DNA from: a virus
Taxonomy: Duplodnaviria; Caudoviricetes
Reading direction: 5' to 3' (one strand)
IMG/VR virus record: IMGVR_UViG_3300027985_000277
Span: 1-61,979 of that record
DNA: 61,979 bases
Shown: positions 46,573 to 56,224 of the stretch, piece after piece
Numbering within the stretch: position 1 is the first letter of the stretch
Layout of the letters: the number at the start of each line of letters is the position of its first letter
Program-made: the position numbers and the translations under genes
The notes under the pieces: generated by a model
The model's input: the letters and a program-made list of their open reading frames with translations, nothing else
Databases searched by the model: none
What the model was told of the DNA's origin: nothing

Positions 46573-48102
46573 TTACACCATCAATGTGAGGTAATCCTCT
46601 GTTTCGTCCCCCAAAATGTCGTTTGCGTCCTCAAAAACCTGTTGTTTTCGGTTCTTTTGCGGATTAAGGGCCTCGTCCAGATCAACACTCGCATAAACTG
46701 CTGCGTCTGCGAAGTCGGGGGATTTCCTGCCCTTCTTCTTCATCTCGTCCTTGGACTCGATCATCAAACCACCCAAAGGACTGAACTTGTACTCCACGCT
46801 CATTGCTTCGTCAGCCAAGCGTTCATCGTTGGGGTCAACGTCCAATTCTTTTGAACGTAGCATCCTTCTGAACATGTCCCACCACCAAGCACGGGCATTG
46901 CCCCACTGATGCTTATCTGGACTGGGGTTGCTGCCAATCATCCCGATCATTCGGTACGGACGCGGTTCGTGCTGCATCAGCAATTCCTCAAACCCTTGAC
47001 CGACACCTTGGTAGTCGTACCGGACTTCGTGCACGCCATTCTCTACCGCTGCCATGTGCACAGCAGCCGCCAGTTCAACAAGAGAGTTTTGATCAAATGA
47101 CTTGTAGAGGCGAAGTCTCCCGCCTTCATTCAAGTAGATACAGGACAAGTCCTTACCATAGCGAGCAATGTCAACTCCCAGAGTGATGACGCTGGCGCTG
47201 TCTGGCTCAATTTCGGTATCATAGGCCACGGCGAAGTCTTCTGGCTTGATGAGAGTGTCGCCCAAATCCCAAGCAAACTCTCCCAGCACACGGGCTTTGT
47301 ATCGCGCACTCTCCAGCCCATACTCGGCTTCCTTTTCCTTGACATAGGAATGACCCACCAGCTTGTTCAGTGCTTCCTTGTTCAAGCCGTCAGGGTTTCC
47401 AGTGAAGTTCGGACTGTCGAAAACCGAAATGGTGTGAAACACCCAGGTCGATACCTTGTTCTTGAACAATTGACCGACATAGGATGCTGGATTGGTTGGG
47501 TTGCAGATGAGGATACGTCGAGAGGCTTCGTTGGAAGTGATGTTGCCCAGCGAGTCGATCAGTTCTTTGGTAAGACCGACCGCTTCGTCTCCTACCGCCA
47601 GCACAGCCGCATCGTGGATGCCTTGGAAGGAGTCATCTTCCTTGTTCTCGGGGGGCTTGCGGCCAAACCCGAGCAGTACACCGCCTTCTTCCTTCCACTG
47701 ATTGTCCGCCGTGATGTATCCCGGCAGTACGTGGTCCACTTCTCCGGCCTTGTGGCGTTGGTCCACCAATGTCTTTAATTGTCGGACATAGCGCCAAACG
47801 ATGGCCGAAATCTGGGCCTGTGAGGGAGCAGTGGAGGCTACGAAGACGTTGGGGTATCGGGTATCGATCCACCAGCAGATCAAGATAGCCACCAACCAGG
47901 ACTTGCCCGTGCCATGAGCAGCTTTCACTGCTACGTTACGATTGTGCACCACGTCGTTTGCGATATTTCGCTGCTTGGACCACAATTTGATCCCGAGCAT
48001 GTACTCTGACCACGCAGCCGGATCATTCAGGTATCGTTCGCTGTCGGACTTGCGCTGCACCTCCCGCTGCGCCGTACGGGTAGCGTTGAGGAGTACGCCC
48101 AT
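46573..48102 (-). CDS. terL: Terminase large subunit
   Basis: AAHGTGKS, GDEA, CNP, LGVDIAR, SPDFADA. Confidence 0.93.
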   Translation of the reverse strand: MGVLLNATRTAQREVQRKSDSERYLNDPAAWSEYMLGIKLWSKQRNIANDVVHNRNVAVKAAHGTGKSWLVAILICWWIDTRYPNVFVASTAPSQAQISAIVWRYVRQLKTLVDQRHKAGEVDHVLPGYITADNQWKEEGGVLLGFGRKPPENKEDDSFQGIHDAAVLAVGDEAVGLTKELIDSLGNITSNEASRRILICNPTNPASYVGQLFKNKVSTWVFHTISVFDSPNFTGNPDGLNKEALNKLVGHSYVKEKEAEYGLESARYKARVLGEFAWDLGDTLIKPEDFAVAYDTEIEPDSASVITLGVDIARYGKDLSCIYLNEGGRLRLYKSFDQNSLVELAAAVHMAAVENGVHEVRYDYQGVGQGFEELLMQHEPRPYRMIGMIGSNPSPDKHQWGNARAWWWDMFRRMLRSKELDVDPNDERLADEAMSVEYKFSPLGGLMIESKDEMKKKGRKSPDFADAAVYASVDLDEALNPQKNRKQQVFEDANDILGDETEDYLTLMV

Positions 48103-48611
48103 TACTGCTCCTGTGCCGCCTCGATTTCGAGGGCTGCTTGATCCATACCCTCGTTGAAAGCTCCGTCAATTACCAACAGGTCCACTTCGGGATACTGTTC
48201 AGCAAGAGCCTGTCGAGCCCGGTAGTACCCCAGATTGATGATAGTAACCATCTTACGAGCGTGAGCATCCGAGATTCTGAGCAAGTCTTCTTCATTCAAC
48301 TGGCTGCGCGATTCCAGCCGTTGGCCCAGCAACTCCAAAGTCTTGCGATAAGACTCCAGCAATTTCGGATCTCCGAGAATGGCTTCGATATTGTCTTCGA
48401 GCTTTTCCTTGAGTTCATAAATCGAATGCAAGAGCAAGTTCTCTCGCTCCATTGCATCCCACACATTGCGAGATCCGATCAATTCTTTGACTCGCAGAAT
48501 GACTTTCTCGGCAGGGATTCCTGTCTGCTCTGCGATCTCTTCTGCTGATTTCCCGTTGGCCGCAAGCGTAAGCACCTTGCGGTCCTGAAGAGTCATGTCC
48601 GACTTAGACAT
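48102..48611 (-). CDS. Probable terminase small subunit (HTH)
   Basis: GKSAEEIAEQTGI HTH; directly upstream of terL. Confidence 0.6.
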   Translation of the reverse strand: MSKSDMTLQDRKVLTLAANGKSAEEIAEQTGIPAEKVILRVKELIGSRNVWDAMERENLLLHSIYELKEKLEDNIEAILGDPKLLESYRKTLELLGQRLESRSQLNEEDLLRISDAHARKMVTIINLGYYRARQALAEQYPEVDLLVIDGAFNEGMDQAALEIEAAQEQ

Positions 48612-48739
48612 TTGTGCACCTCATGCAGGTCGTTGAGAATCTCATCGGCAACGGTTTGCTCTGTATAGTCCTCGGATGTATCTCTAACATCCCGCCACTT
48701 GTCGAGTAGTTCTTGTACGTATTCGAGTGCTGTCGCCAC
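48593..48739 (-). CDS. Small hypothetical protein (48 aa)
   Basis: TACGCT-N6-GTG; overlaps the next gene. Confidence 0.5.
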   Translation of the reverse strand: MATALEYVQELLDKWRDVRDTSEDYTEQTVADEILNDLHEVHKCLSRT

Positions 48740-48760
48740 GAAAGTAGCGTAGCACAAACG

Positions 48761-48798
48761 AAAACCGCTGCACTCTCAGACAGTGCAGCGGTCTTTTG
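48761..48798. terminator. Intrinsic terminator after holin
   Basis: ACCGCTGCACT/AGTGCAGCGGT stem with A/T flanks. Confidence 0.75.
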
Positions 48799-48807
48799 AA
48801 GGATTGG

Positions 48808-49047
48808 TCAGAGGTCTCCGGACTCGGTTTCAGGAGTTAGTGTCGTCGGGTCGCTCAGATTGGCCCGCGACAGAAGGGACAGAAGGGCTGTAATGGCACC
48901 TGTCGCTCGTGTAGCCACAACGATCCATTCCTGCCCCACATTAAGAGCGGTCATTACGTCCGGAAGAACGGTCGCCACCACCATGCCAATGATGATACCT
49001 GCGATGTACAGCCATCCTCGTACGTTCAACGAAATCGGGTTCTTCAT
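48808..49047 (-). CDS. Holin
   Basis: 79 aa, two TM segments, VRGWLYIAG; next to lysin. Confidence 0.75.
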   Translation of the reverse strand: MKNPISLNVRGWLYIAGIIIGMVVATVLPDVMTALNVGQEWIVVATRATGAITALLSLLSRANLSDPTTLTPETESGDL

Positions 49048-49185
49048 GTCCCCATGTTAGCACGCCACTCGTACAACTTGTCTCCGTAGTAAGCAGTGTG
49101 CGTTCCCGGATGATTGGGTGACGCGGAGCACAGCACTTCCTGCAATCCGCTCGTGCCGCTCAACCATATTCGGCTCAAGCACTGA

Positions 49186-50508
49186 TCACACACATTGGAT
49201 CGGGATGTTGACGGCGGTGATGACCAGCGCGTGATCGGAGCCGCTGGACGGCTTCACGTTGTAGCCGCGCCAGTCGACCGGGGTCAGGCTGTCCGAGTGG
49301 ATGCGGTCGGTGATCGCCTTGCCCTGGTAGGTCTTGGCGTCGCGGGTGCCGCTGTTCGCTGCCTTCTCGCGTGCGTCGTCCCAGCCGGGCAGCCAAGCGT
49401 TGTCGTTCACGCCGTCGCCACCAAGGATGCGCGGACCCTGACCGAACTTCCGGATCGCTGCGATCATCTGCGACATCTGCGAACGCTGCTGGGCGTCCGT
49501 GCTGCGGCTGTTCGGCGTCAGGTGGTAGGAGCCGAACACGACCTGCTGGCCGGTGCTCTTGTCCTTCAGCACGCAAATCTGACCGCCCTGGTAACTGATG
49601 CCCTTGAAGTTCACCTCGGTCTCAGCGGTCTCGGTGAGCCGGTCGGAGTCCCACATGATCGCCTGTGCACCACGGGGACGGACCAGCCAGCGAGAGGCAC
49701 CGCCCGGCATGGCGGCGCGCAGCGGGTCGCGGATCACCTCAGGGCATTCGTTGAGCAGGTAAACGTCAGCCTTCGCCTTCACAGCCGTCTTGCCGAGCGC
49801 GGCGGCACGGGAGGCGGTCAGCGGCTTCGAGCCGGTCAGTGCGGGGTCCATCGTGTTGAAGGTGGCGACCCGCAGAGCGAGCACGGTGGCAGGCGTGGGG
49901 GTGGGGTCGGGGGTCGGCTCGGACCACTCGGCAATCTTCGCCAGCACGTCGGCCCGCACGCTGCCCATGTCGTCACCGGGGTCTCCCGGCTTGCGTCGGG
50001 TCAGTTCCTTGTGGGCAATCACCCGTGCACCGTTCGTCCAACCCTCGGCAATGTGCAAAGCGGCACAAACCTCCACTACATGCTTGCGAACAATGGGGGT
50101 CCATTTCCCTGTGCCGTCTGCCTCGATACCCCACCCGTGTCGGTTCCCCGACCACGAGCCATCACTTGCCGGAGGTTTGACTTCCGATGTCAGTTTGCCT
50201 TCCTTAGCGAGACGCCAATTGTCGTATCCGCCGTAACCAACATCATTCGTGTACCCGTCCGCCATCACGTAGATGTTTCCAGACTGCCCCACCAAAATGT
50301 TGGCGAGTGGGCCGGGAAGATTGCTTCGCCCACTGCGAATTACTCGCAGTGGGGTGGATACGTCTCCCGTGTGATGAACGTAGCATACTTCCGGAACAAG
50401 GGGGGTTCGCGATGCTTCTCGCCCCTGCCAACCGCTGTCCATGATAACGTGCGTGCCGTGAGATTCGAGGATCGCGACAGCCTTCTTCAGGACTTCGGAG
50501 TTAGTCAT
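49186..50508 (-). CDS. Endolysin: amidase_2 domain + PT linker + EEP-family domain
   Basis: VHHTG, GIEA, IAHKE...KPGDP; VATFN, LLNE, YHL, GGD, SDHALV. Confidence 0.85.
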   Translation of the reverse strand: MTNSEVLKKAVAILESHGTHVIMDSGWQGREASRTPLVPEVCYVHHTGDVSTPLRVIRSGRSNLPGPLANILVGQSGNIYVMADGYTNDVGYGGYDNWRLAKEGKLTSEVKPPASDGSWSGNRHGWGIEADGTGKWTPIVRKHVVEVCAALHIAEGWTNGARVIAHKELTRRKPGDPGDDMGSVRADVLAKIAEWSEPTPDPTPTPATVLALRVATFNTMDPALTGSKPLTASRAAALGKTAVKAKADVYLLNECPEVIRDPLRAAMPGGASRWLVRPRGAQAIMWDSDRLTETAETEVNFKGISYQGGQICVLKDKSTGQQVVFGSYHLTPNSRSTDAQQRSQMSQMIAAIRKFGQGPRILGGDGVNDNAWLPGWDDAREKAANSGTRDAKTYQGKAITDRIHSDSLTPVDWRGYNVKPSSGSDHALVITAVNIPIQCV

Positions 50509-51014
50509 TGAGTATTCTCCCTCAAGTCATTGATGTCGGTACGGTTCTGGTGAACCACCTCCGCCAGTGTACCAACAGTGGTGCTCAACGTCACCACGAG
50601 CCCGTGGATCACGCTAACTTCGGCTCTTACAGTCTCGATGGCTTCCTTGGCTCCCGCAATCTCTCGACTCAACTTGTCGTGAGCGCTGCTGCCGTGATTC
50701 GGTGTGACCTCTGCTTTGATTTCTTGTAGTGTTCCCTCGACGCTCTCCAGTCTCCCGTCCATCGCGGAGACGGCTGTTTCCATCTTCTTGGTTCGGACTA
50801 ACAGGCTGGGCCGGGCTTCGACCCCCTCACGTTCCTTCTCTCCCATGATGTCGTCGTAAATGTTCTGAACCTTTTGGGCGATGGGGTGCACTTTCAAGAC
50901 TATCCTGATCGTTCCCCAGACCAACAGAACCACCAACAGAACCCCCAGAAGGGCAACAAGAATCCATCCGAAGGGGAGACTGTCCAGCCAATCTGGGGCG
51001 GGGGTGTCAATCAT
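50505..51014 (-). CDS. Membrane protein of the lysis cassette
   Basis: One TM segment, coiled coil, PNHGSS motif. Confidence 0.7.
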   Translation of the reverse strand: MIDTPAPDWLDSLPFGWILVALLGVLLVVLLVWGTIRIVLKVHPIAQKVQNIYDDIMGEKEREGVEARPSLLVRTKKMETAVSAMDGRLESVEGTLQEIKAEVTPNHGSSAHDKLSREIAGAKEAIETVRAEVSVIHGLVVTLSTTVGTLAEVVHQNRTDINDLRENTQ

Positions 51015-51049
51015 GGGCGAGAGCGGCTTTCACAAATTAGGTACAGGCC

Positions 51050-51778
51050 CTATTTTACCAAATCTCCCTTGAACCATGTTTTGCAATCCTGGCACTGCAA
51101 GCGATGGTAAGTACGTACATTGGTGTATTGCTTACCGCGCTTCTGAATATGCGTACTTCCGCAGTTGGGGCACCCTCCAGTGCGGTCCACCAAGCCCACA
51201 TTGATCGCGTTGGCTCCGCTGAGCAAGGGTTTGTAAAGTTCGTACAGCGGGGGTAGCAGGGCCGTGTCGTGCTTGCAGTACCGCTTCATGGTTTGCCACG
51301 CTGAGCGCTTTGCTTCAGAGTCCACCCACGGGGCAATACAGTCCACCCACATCTGGAATCCTTGGTGGGGGAGTTTGCGCTCATTGAGGTACCGATTCAC
51401 CTGGTACTGGAGCTTGCCGGAGATGTGCTTCATCTTTCGCTGCACTTGGAACAAGTCGATATGGCGCACATCGGGCGGAAGGTCGATGCCCTCCAACATG
51501 CACTCGGCCACCAGCCACGGCAAGTCGAAGGACTTCCCGTTGTAGGTGAGGATGGCATCAGCCTCAGCCACAAGGTCTCGCAGCCGGGTGAGCATGGAGA
51601 TGCGTCCGTCCTCATACTCGGAGGCGAACATTACCTTCTTGCTGCCCACCCACTGAGCGGACCAGCAAATCATGCGGTCAGCTTCTACGATATGGTCAGG
51701 GCCGATGAAGGGTTTGAAGAGGGAGAAACTGTAGACTAATGCAGGCGCTGTCTCGATATCAAATGCAAGAAGCTTCAC
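51050..51778 (-). CDS. DnaQ/RNase_H_2-like exonuclease with C-terminal Zn ribbon
   Basis: FDIET, TYNGKSFD, YCKHD, CPNCGS...CQDC. Confidence 0.85.
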   Translation of the reverse strand: MKLLAFDIETAPALVYSFSLFKPFIGPDHIVEADRMICWSAQWVGSKKVMFASEYEDGRISMLTRLRDLVAEADAILTYNGKSFDLPWLVAECMLEGIDLPPDVRHIDLFQVQRKMKHISGKLQYQVNRYLNERKLPHQGFQMWVDCIAPWVDSEAKRSAWQTMKRYCKHDTALLPPLYELYKPLLSGANAINVGLVDRTGGCPNCGSTHIQKRGKQYTNVRTYHRLQCQDCKTWFKGDLVK

Positions 51779-52500
51779 TTACTACTCCATTTGTTAAGGT
51801 AAGAAACCATTTTCCGAAGAAGATCAATGGATTCCCCCACCGACCCCAATACTTGATTACATCGCTGGCACAGCAGGCCACGAACACATTCTCCACAAGA
51901 GAGTCTACTGGGGCAACACTTGTGGTCATGATCTACTGCCAGTCTCTTATGCTCGTCTTGTCCTCCACAGATCGCACACACCCCCTCCTGTTCGGCCAAA
52001 GTGGCTCCGTACCACTCCGGGGGCACGCCGTAAGTCCGAGAGATTTTGGTGCCGTGAGACTGAACAGAGGCTTTTCGTCTTTCCTCTGCTCGACAACTTT
52101 TACACTCTGTTCGTAGCCCGTCAACTGCTCTTTGGCTGGACCCGAAGAACTCCTCTGTCTTCCATTCTCGGCAACGTACACATCGTTTGCGCCCCTGATC
52201 GTCTCTTCGGGTATAAGAATAACGCTCTGCTTGAGATCCGTACAGTGGTTGTAATGTACGACCTTGCTTCTGCTGCCAACGGTGGGCAGAGCAAAGCCCA
52301 TAACTTACAGAGTAATTGCGACACCCCTCGAAATTACAGGGGGTTTCTCCCGCTCTGATTGTGGCTCTCCGAGCGGGGCGAAAAGGCTCACCACGTCTGA
52401 ATTGTAGATAGTGCGCGTTGCAGAGTAGTCGTGTTTGGTTGATTGCCTTCCGACCGCATGGAACGCCGTCGAACACGAGGTGACACTGAGGAAGATCCAT
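51775..52500 (-). CDS. Endonuclease VII-family homing endonuclease
   Basis: CAICG, LAVDHDH, VRGLLCQRCN; N-terminal Cys/His repeats. Confidence 0.85.
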   Translation of the reverse strand: MDLPQCHLVFDGVPCGRKAINQTRLLCNAHYLQFRRGEPFRPARRATIRAGETPCNFEGCRNYSVSYGLCSAHRWQQKQGRTLQPLYGSQAERYSYTRRDDQGRKRCVRCREWKTEEFFGSSQRAVDGLRTECKSCRAEERRKASVQSHGTKISRTYGVPPEWYGATLAEQEGVCAICGGQDEHKRLAVDHDHKCCPSRLSCGECVRGLLCQRCNQVLGSVGESIDLLRKMVSYLNKWSSK

Positions 52501-53203
52501 AAGTCTAGTGGGTTATACTCGGTGCGGTTTCGATGTCGAACGCCAGCAGTTTCAAGGGTGTGCCTCTCTGAGCAGATGAACTTGTACTACCTTACCACGG
52601 GGGTTCACCCTCGCGGTTTACCCGCCACAGACGGAACTTGGGAAGACCTAGACGGAACGTACTGCCCCGTTCGAGCACCGCGAACGACGTACCCGCCCTC
52701 AGCAGAAGAGATCCTCCCGAATGCCTTTGGTCGCTGCTCACGAACCGTCTCCGTCGTCAGCCATGAGCGGTCTGGGGGTGGCTTAGGCTCCCACTTAACC
52801 TCCGGGGTGCTGTTCACCAAGCCCCACTCGGCCAGCCTTCGCAGCAAGTAAGCGGCGCCGAGTAGGGCCAACCCGCAACATACCGAACGTCGAAGCGCGT
52901 CAGCGTTCATGGCTGAACCATGCTTTGCCACACCGGCACACATGCAGCCTCGATTGCAGGTATAGGCCCTCTACAGCCATGCTCTCGATGCTGTGCCGCA
53001 ACACCCTCGAATGCCACCAATACCTCACCACTTCGTTACCTCCTCGTACTTCTGCTTGTTCAACGGAACCACACGGTACGCACTGTAAGGCTCGCGTTTA
53101 GCCCAAACAGGCCCGAACCCGTACGCCTCTTCGATAGTGGGGAATGCGTACTGGGGCACCCACTTCTCTCCGTTCCAGAGGTCCACTCGATAGCCGCTAT
53201 ACA

Positions 53204-53404
53204 TCAGTCCTTCTCCAGCCAAGCAAAGCGGAAAGAGCGCCAAAGGTTTCGAATTACCAACACTGCACCGGCCACAGGCCAGACTGGGGCCATCCAAAGC
53301 CAACGAGCCCTCTTTCGAGGGTCATCGATGTAAAGCGACCCAACGACCCACCAAGCCATCGGGATAAACCACACTGGTATCAGCATCGGCCAGTATTCAG
53401 CCAT
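53204..53404 (-). CDS. Membrane protein
   Basis: Two Trp-rich hydrophobic segments. Confidence 0.6.
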   Translation of the reverse strand: MAEYWPMLIPVWFIPMAWWVVGSLYIDDPRKRARWLWMAPVWPVAGAVLVIRNLWRSFRFAWLEKD

Positions 53405-53696
53405 TCTTCGCCGCCCTTACTGCTGCCAACCGCTTACCGGCTGCCGCACGGGCCTCAGGGCTCATGTTTCTGGTGCGCTTGGCCCCTTGTGCCGGATTCC
53501 ACTTGTCCGCAGCAATCCGGACGTGCAGGTAACCGTCTGCTTCGTCCACCACCTCGAAAGCCGGGTTGGCCTTCAACTTAGTGATGTACTTCCGCTGGTA
53601 GGTGTGGATATGCACCCAATCGGAAGCATCGCTGGTGTTTACCGTGGTCTCGCGTTCCTCTGCGTCATACTGCACGGTACGCCTCCAGACTTGCAA
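53397..53696 (-). CDS. Hypothetical protein
   Basis: ERETTV...HTYQRKYITKL...MSPEARAAAGKRL. Confidence 0.7.
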   Translation of the reverse strand: MQVWRRTVQYDAEERETTVNTSDASDWVHIHTYQRKYITKLKANPAFEVVDEADGYLHVRIAADKWNPAQGAKRTRNMSPEARAAAGKRLAAVRAAKNG

Positions 53697-53898
53697 TCAG
53701 CGACTCACGGAACTCCCGGGCTGTGCAATCCTCCCATTTGTCCCAACCGTGCTGAACGTACTGCTTCGGCTTTTGCAGAGGCTGTCGATCAATCAGGTCA
53801 CGGATTTCAACCAGAACCGTCTGCCGCTCGATTCGGCGTGCTTCTTGGATGAGGTCAGCCCCCACTACAACCGCAGTGGGTCGTGTTCTCGGCATCAC
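53665..53898 (-). CDS. Hypothetical protein
   Basis: RBS and packing. Confidence 0.55.
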   Translation of the reverse strand: MMPRTRPTAVVVGADLIQEARRIERQTVLVEIRDLIDRQPLQKPKQYVQHGWDKWEDCTAREFRESLIASLEAYRAV

Positions 53899-53986
53899 TT
53901 CTTTTCCTTCAGTCGGGCTCGAAGGTCCATGATCTCAGCGTACATGTCCTCAACAGTCCACTGAAGCCTCGTCAGTTCGTCCATTT

Positions 53987-54178
53987 TCAATCCTCCCTTA
54001 CAAACTCGATTTTGTCGTTTTCGTCCAACTTCAGCAGTACGTCATTATCGTCCAGGACGTACCACGTAATGTCCGGCACCAGTACACCTCGCAGCGGGGC
54101 CCCACCAGTATGCACGATCACCTCAGTGCCCTTGTCGGTGGCGTACAGCGCAGCCAACCCGTGCAAGTGGCGTCTCAT
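53987..54178 (-). CDS. Hypothetical protein
   Basis: ATGA overlap. Confidence 0.55.
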   Translation of the reverse strand: MRRHLHGLAALYATDKGTEVIVHTGGAPLRGVLVPDITWYVLDDNDVLLKLDENDKIEFVRED

Positions 54179-54346
54179 CGGTGCTCCAGTACGCCATTGA
54201 TCAGGTCATAACGCGGTGCCAGGCCCATGTCCTCCATCTGCTCATACAGTGCCAGCAGTTCGGCGTCGTGGTCCAGCATGGTGGTGTCCAGCAGCAGGCT
54301 CATCAGCTTCTCCGCAGTCATGCGGTCCATCCCGATATTCAGCATC

Positions 54347-54592
54347 TCAAACACGCTCCACATACCCGCAAGCGTTCGGGTAGTCCGTATTCGGGACATA
54401 TTGCCCATCAGGGCATTTCACTCCGGCTTTCTCCAACGCATAGTAAGTACTGCGCAGCACGTCCCCTACGCCCTGATCCCACCAGAGCCCGAAGTTTACT
54501 GCCGCCATCAGGTCTTCGGCTTGCGTACCGGTCATGGTCAGCGTCACCTCAACCTCGCTCTTCGTCATCGTTGCCTTCATCAGCCCCTGCAC
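54347..54592 (-). CDS. Hypothetical protein (start uncertain)
   Basis: Operon packing. Confidence 0.55.
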   Translation of the reverse strand: MQGLMKATMTKSEVEVTLTMTGTQAEDLMAAVNFGLWWDQGVGDVLRSTYYALEKAGVKCPDGQYVPNTDYPNACGYVERV

Positions 54593-54867
54593 TCCTTTGC
54601 GTAGTTGTTGTATGCATCCACATCCACGGTCTCCAGCAGTTGCTGGGCCGCGTCGAACTCCCGGGTCGCCGTGGCGTAGTCACCCTCCAGCGCATCTGTG
54701 GCCCCTTGTGCTGTCAGTGCTCCGGCCTGCGCCATCGCCGCTTGGTTCGTATCAGCTACATCCAGTGCAGCCACACAAGCCTGATGCTGCGTATCTGATA
54801 CAAAGCTGGTGCACCCACCAAGCCCCAGTGCCAACAGGGCAACCCCTGTTGCAACCACTTTCCTCAT
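54580..54867 (-). CDS. Lipoprotein
   Basis: MRK + hydrophobic stretch + LGGC lipobox; AAGGAGG RBS. Confidence 0.75.
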   Translation of the reverse strand: MRKVVATGVALLALGLGGCTSFVSDTQHQACVAALDVADTNQAAMAQAGALTAQGATDALEGDYATATREFDAAQQLLETVDVDAYNNYAKECRG

Positions 54868-54912
54868 CTCGATACCTCCTTAAGTAGTCTACGTTTTTCG
54901 ACGTAACCCACG

Positions 54913-55278
54913 CTACCCTACCTTCCGGGTACGGGTCAAGTCACATTGAGCACATCTTGTACCTTGTTTACGTGGGTGGCCATTGCGGCACAACAGGCGG
55001 TACTTGCGACTCTCGTTCTCCTGTCGGGTCACTGGCTCCAGGTGGTCGGGGTTCACACGCCACCGGTTCTTGCAGCGGTGGTCCAGTTCCAAGCTAGTGT
55101 CAAAGCCATGCAGGGCGTGGTATCCGTACCGGTGGGCCTGCCAGACTCTTCCTTCCGCTTTGATCTGACCGTAGCCGTCGCGGTCCCGGTAGCCCAGCCA
55201 CAACAGGCATCCGGTGGGCAGCAACAGGGTTTTGGCCCACCACCTATCGAGCGTGGTTGCGGGCATGTCGAAATGCAT
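54913..55278 (-). CDS. HNH endonuclease
   Basis: CLLWLG...DGYG, AHR, LDHRC..VNPDHLEPVT..EN. Confidence 0.85.
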   Translation of the reverse strand: MHFDMPATTLDRWWAKTLLLPTGCLLWLGYRDRDGYGQIKAEGRVWQAHRYGYHALHGFDTSLELDHRCKNRWRVNPDHLEPVTRQENESRKYRLLCRNGHPRKQGTRCAQCDLTRTRKVG

Positions 55279-55513
55279 AGTCCACGGCCTGCCGCCAGAA
55301 CCAGAATGATCCCAGCCACTCGCCCTCCGGGTCGTTCACCACCCAGAGCCCATAGTTGCCGTGGGGTCGGCGCACCGTGTACTTGTTCGGTGTCCACTCG
55401 ATCACTCCAGCACTACAGGACTTCGGGAACCGGCAGCACTTCGGGTCGTACTCACCGCTGAAACAGCCGGACCACTGGGCCACGCATTCAGGGTCGCGCT
55501 TGTCGATCAGCAC
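55244..55513 (-). CDS. Hypothetical protein
   Basis: CCRFPKSCS motif; packing. Confidence 0.6.
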   Translation of the reverse strand: MLIDKRDPECVAQWSGCFSGEYDPKCCRFPKSCSAGVIEWTPNKYTVRRPHGNYGLWVVNDPEGEWLGSFWFWRQAVDYAFRHARNHAR

Positions 55514-56070
55514 TAGCAGCCCCCTTCACAGGTCGTGTATCGGTCCAGGATTGCCCGTAAAGCCTCAGCGTTACCCATCGCGTCATCCACAGGGTTGTGG
55601 GTGTGTGGGGTCTGTCGCCAACGTTTCCAGCTTGTGGTGTCCTTCCACTTGCCGGAGAACCCGGCGTACAAGTCGCCGATACGCCGTGCCGTGTGCCCGA
55701 AGGGGTTCTCCACACCATTGCCATCGAGCCCTGCTGCCATCCACATGTAGTCGTAGGCAGGGTTGTCGCTCACCATACGGTAAGGTCCATCCCACTGCTC
55801 CAGCCACTGGAACAACGCCTCGTACACCCGCTTTTCCGGAACCGAGGTGTTCTCCCACCCAAGACCCGCAGCCTCCAAAAGCTTGTAGTGCGGATTGAAC
55901 ACCGCAGTGGCTGGGTCCGGGCACGCCGGGTTACCCACAGACGGCTTGGCGTCGTAGATCGTCCCGTGGAACCACGCCCGGCTCTCGAACTCGACTACTC
56001 CGAACTCGGTCATCTGTCCCGACACAGGGCTCGGGCCCCACGCCTCAACATCTACCAGGAAATACCTCAT
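55513..56070 (-). CDS. DEDDh 3'-5' exoribonuclease (Rv2179c-like)
   Basis: VDVEAWGPSP, SDNPAYD, NPFGH, THNPVDDA. Confidence 0.8.
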   Translation of the reverse strand: MRYFLVDVEAWGPSPVSGQMTEFGVVEFESRAWFHGTIYDAKPSVGNPACPDPATAVFNPHYKLLEAAGLGWENTSVPEKRVYEALFQWLEQWDGPYRMVSDNPAYDYMWMAAGLDGNGVENPFGHTARRIGDLYAGFSGKWKDTTSWKRWRQTPHTHNPVDDAMGNAEALRAILDRYTTCEGGC

Positions 56071-56224
56071 CGCTTCGCTAGCTTCCGAAGAGAGGTTGCA
56101 ATGTCGAATAGCAGCACAGCCTGTGTTGCCCGGAGGCTGGTGTTAGCGGCATCCCACTTACCCAGTTCAGCCTGCTTACCGGCCCTGTCGAACGCTTCCT
56201 TTGCGGTCTCTATCAGGTCGGCCA

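Noticed and set aside
49195-50511. Long antisense ORFs (49195-50511 +, 30561-31679 +, 10387-11451 -, 3232-4071 -)
   Set aside because: Shadow frames expected from high-GC3 coding on the opposite strand; no motifs or RBS.
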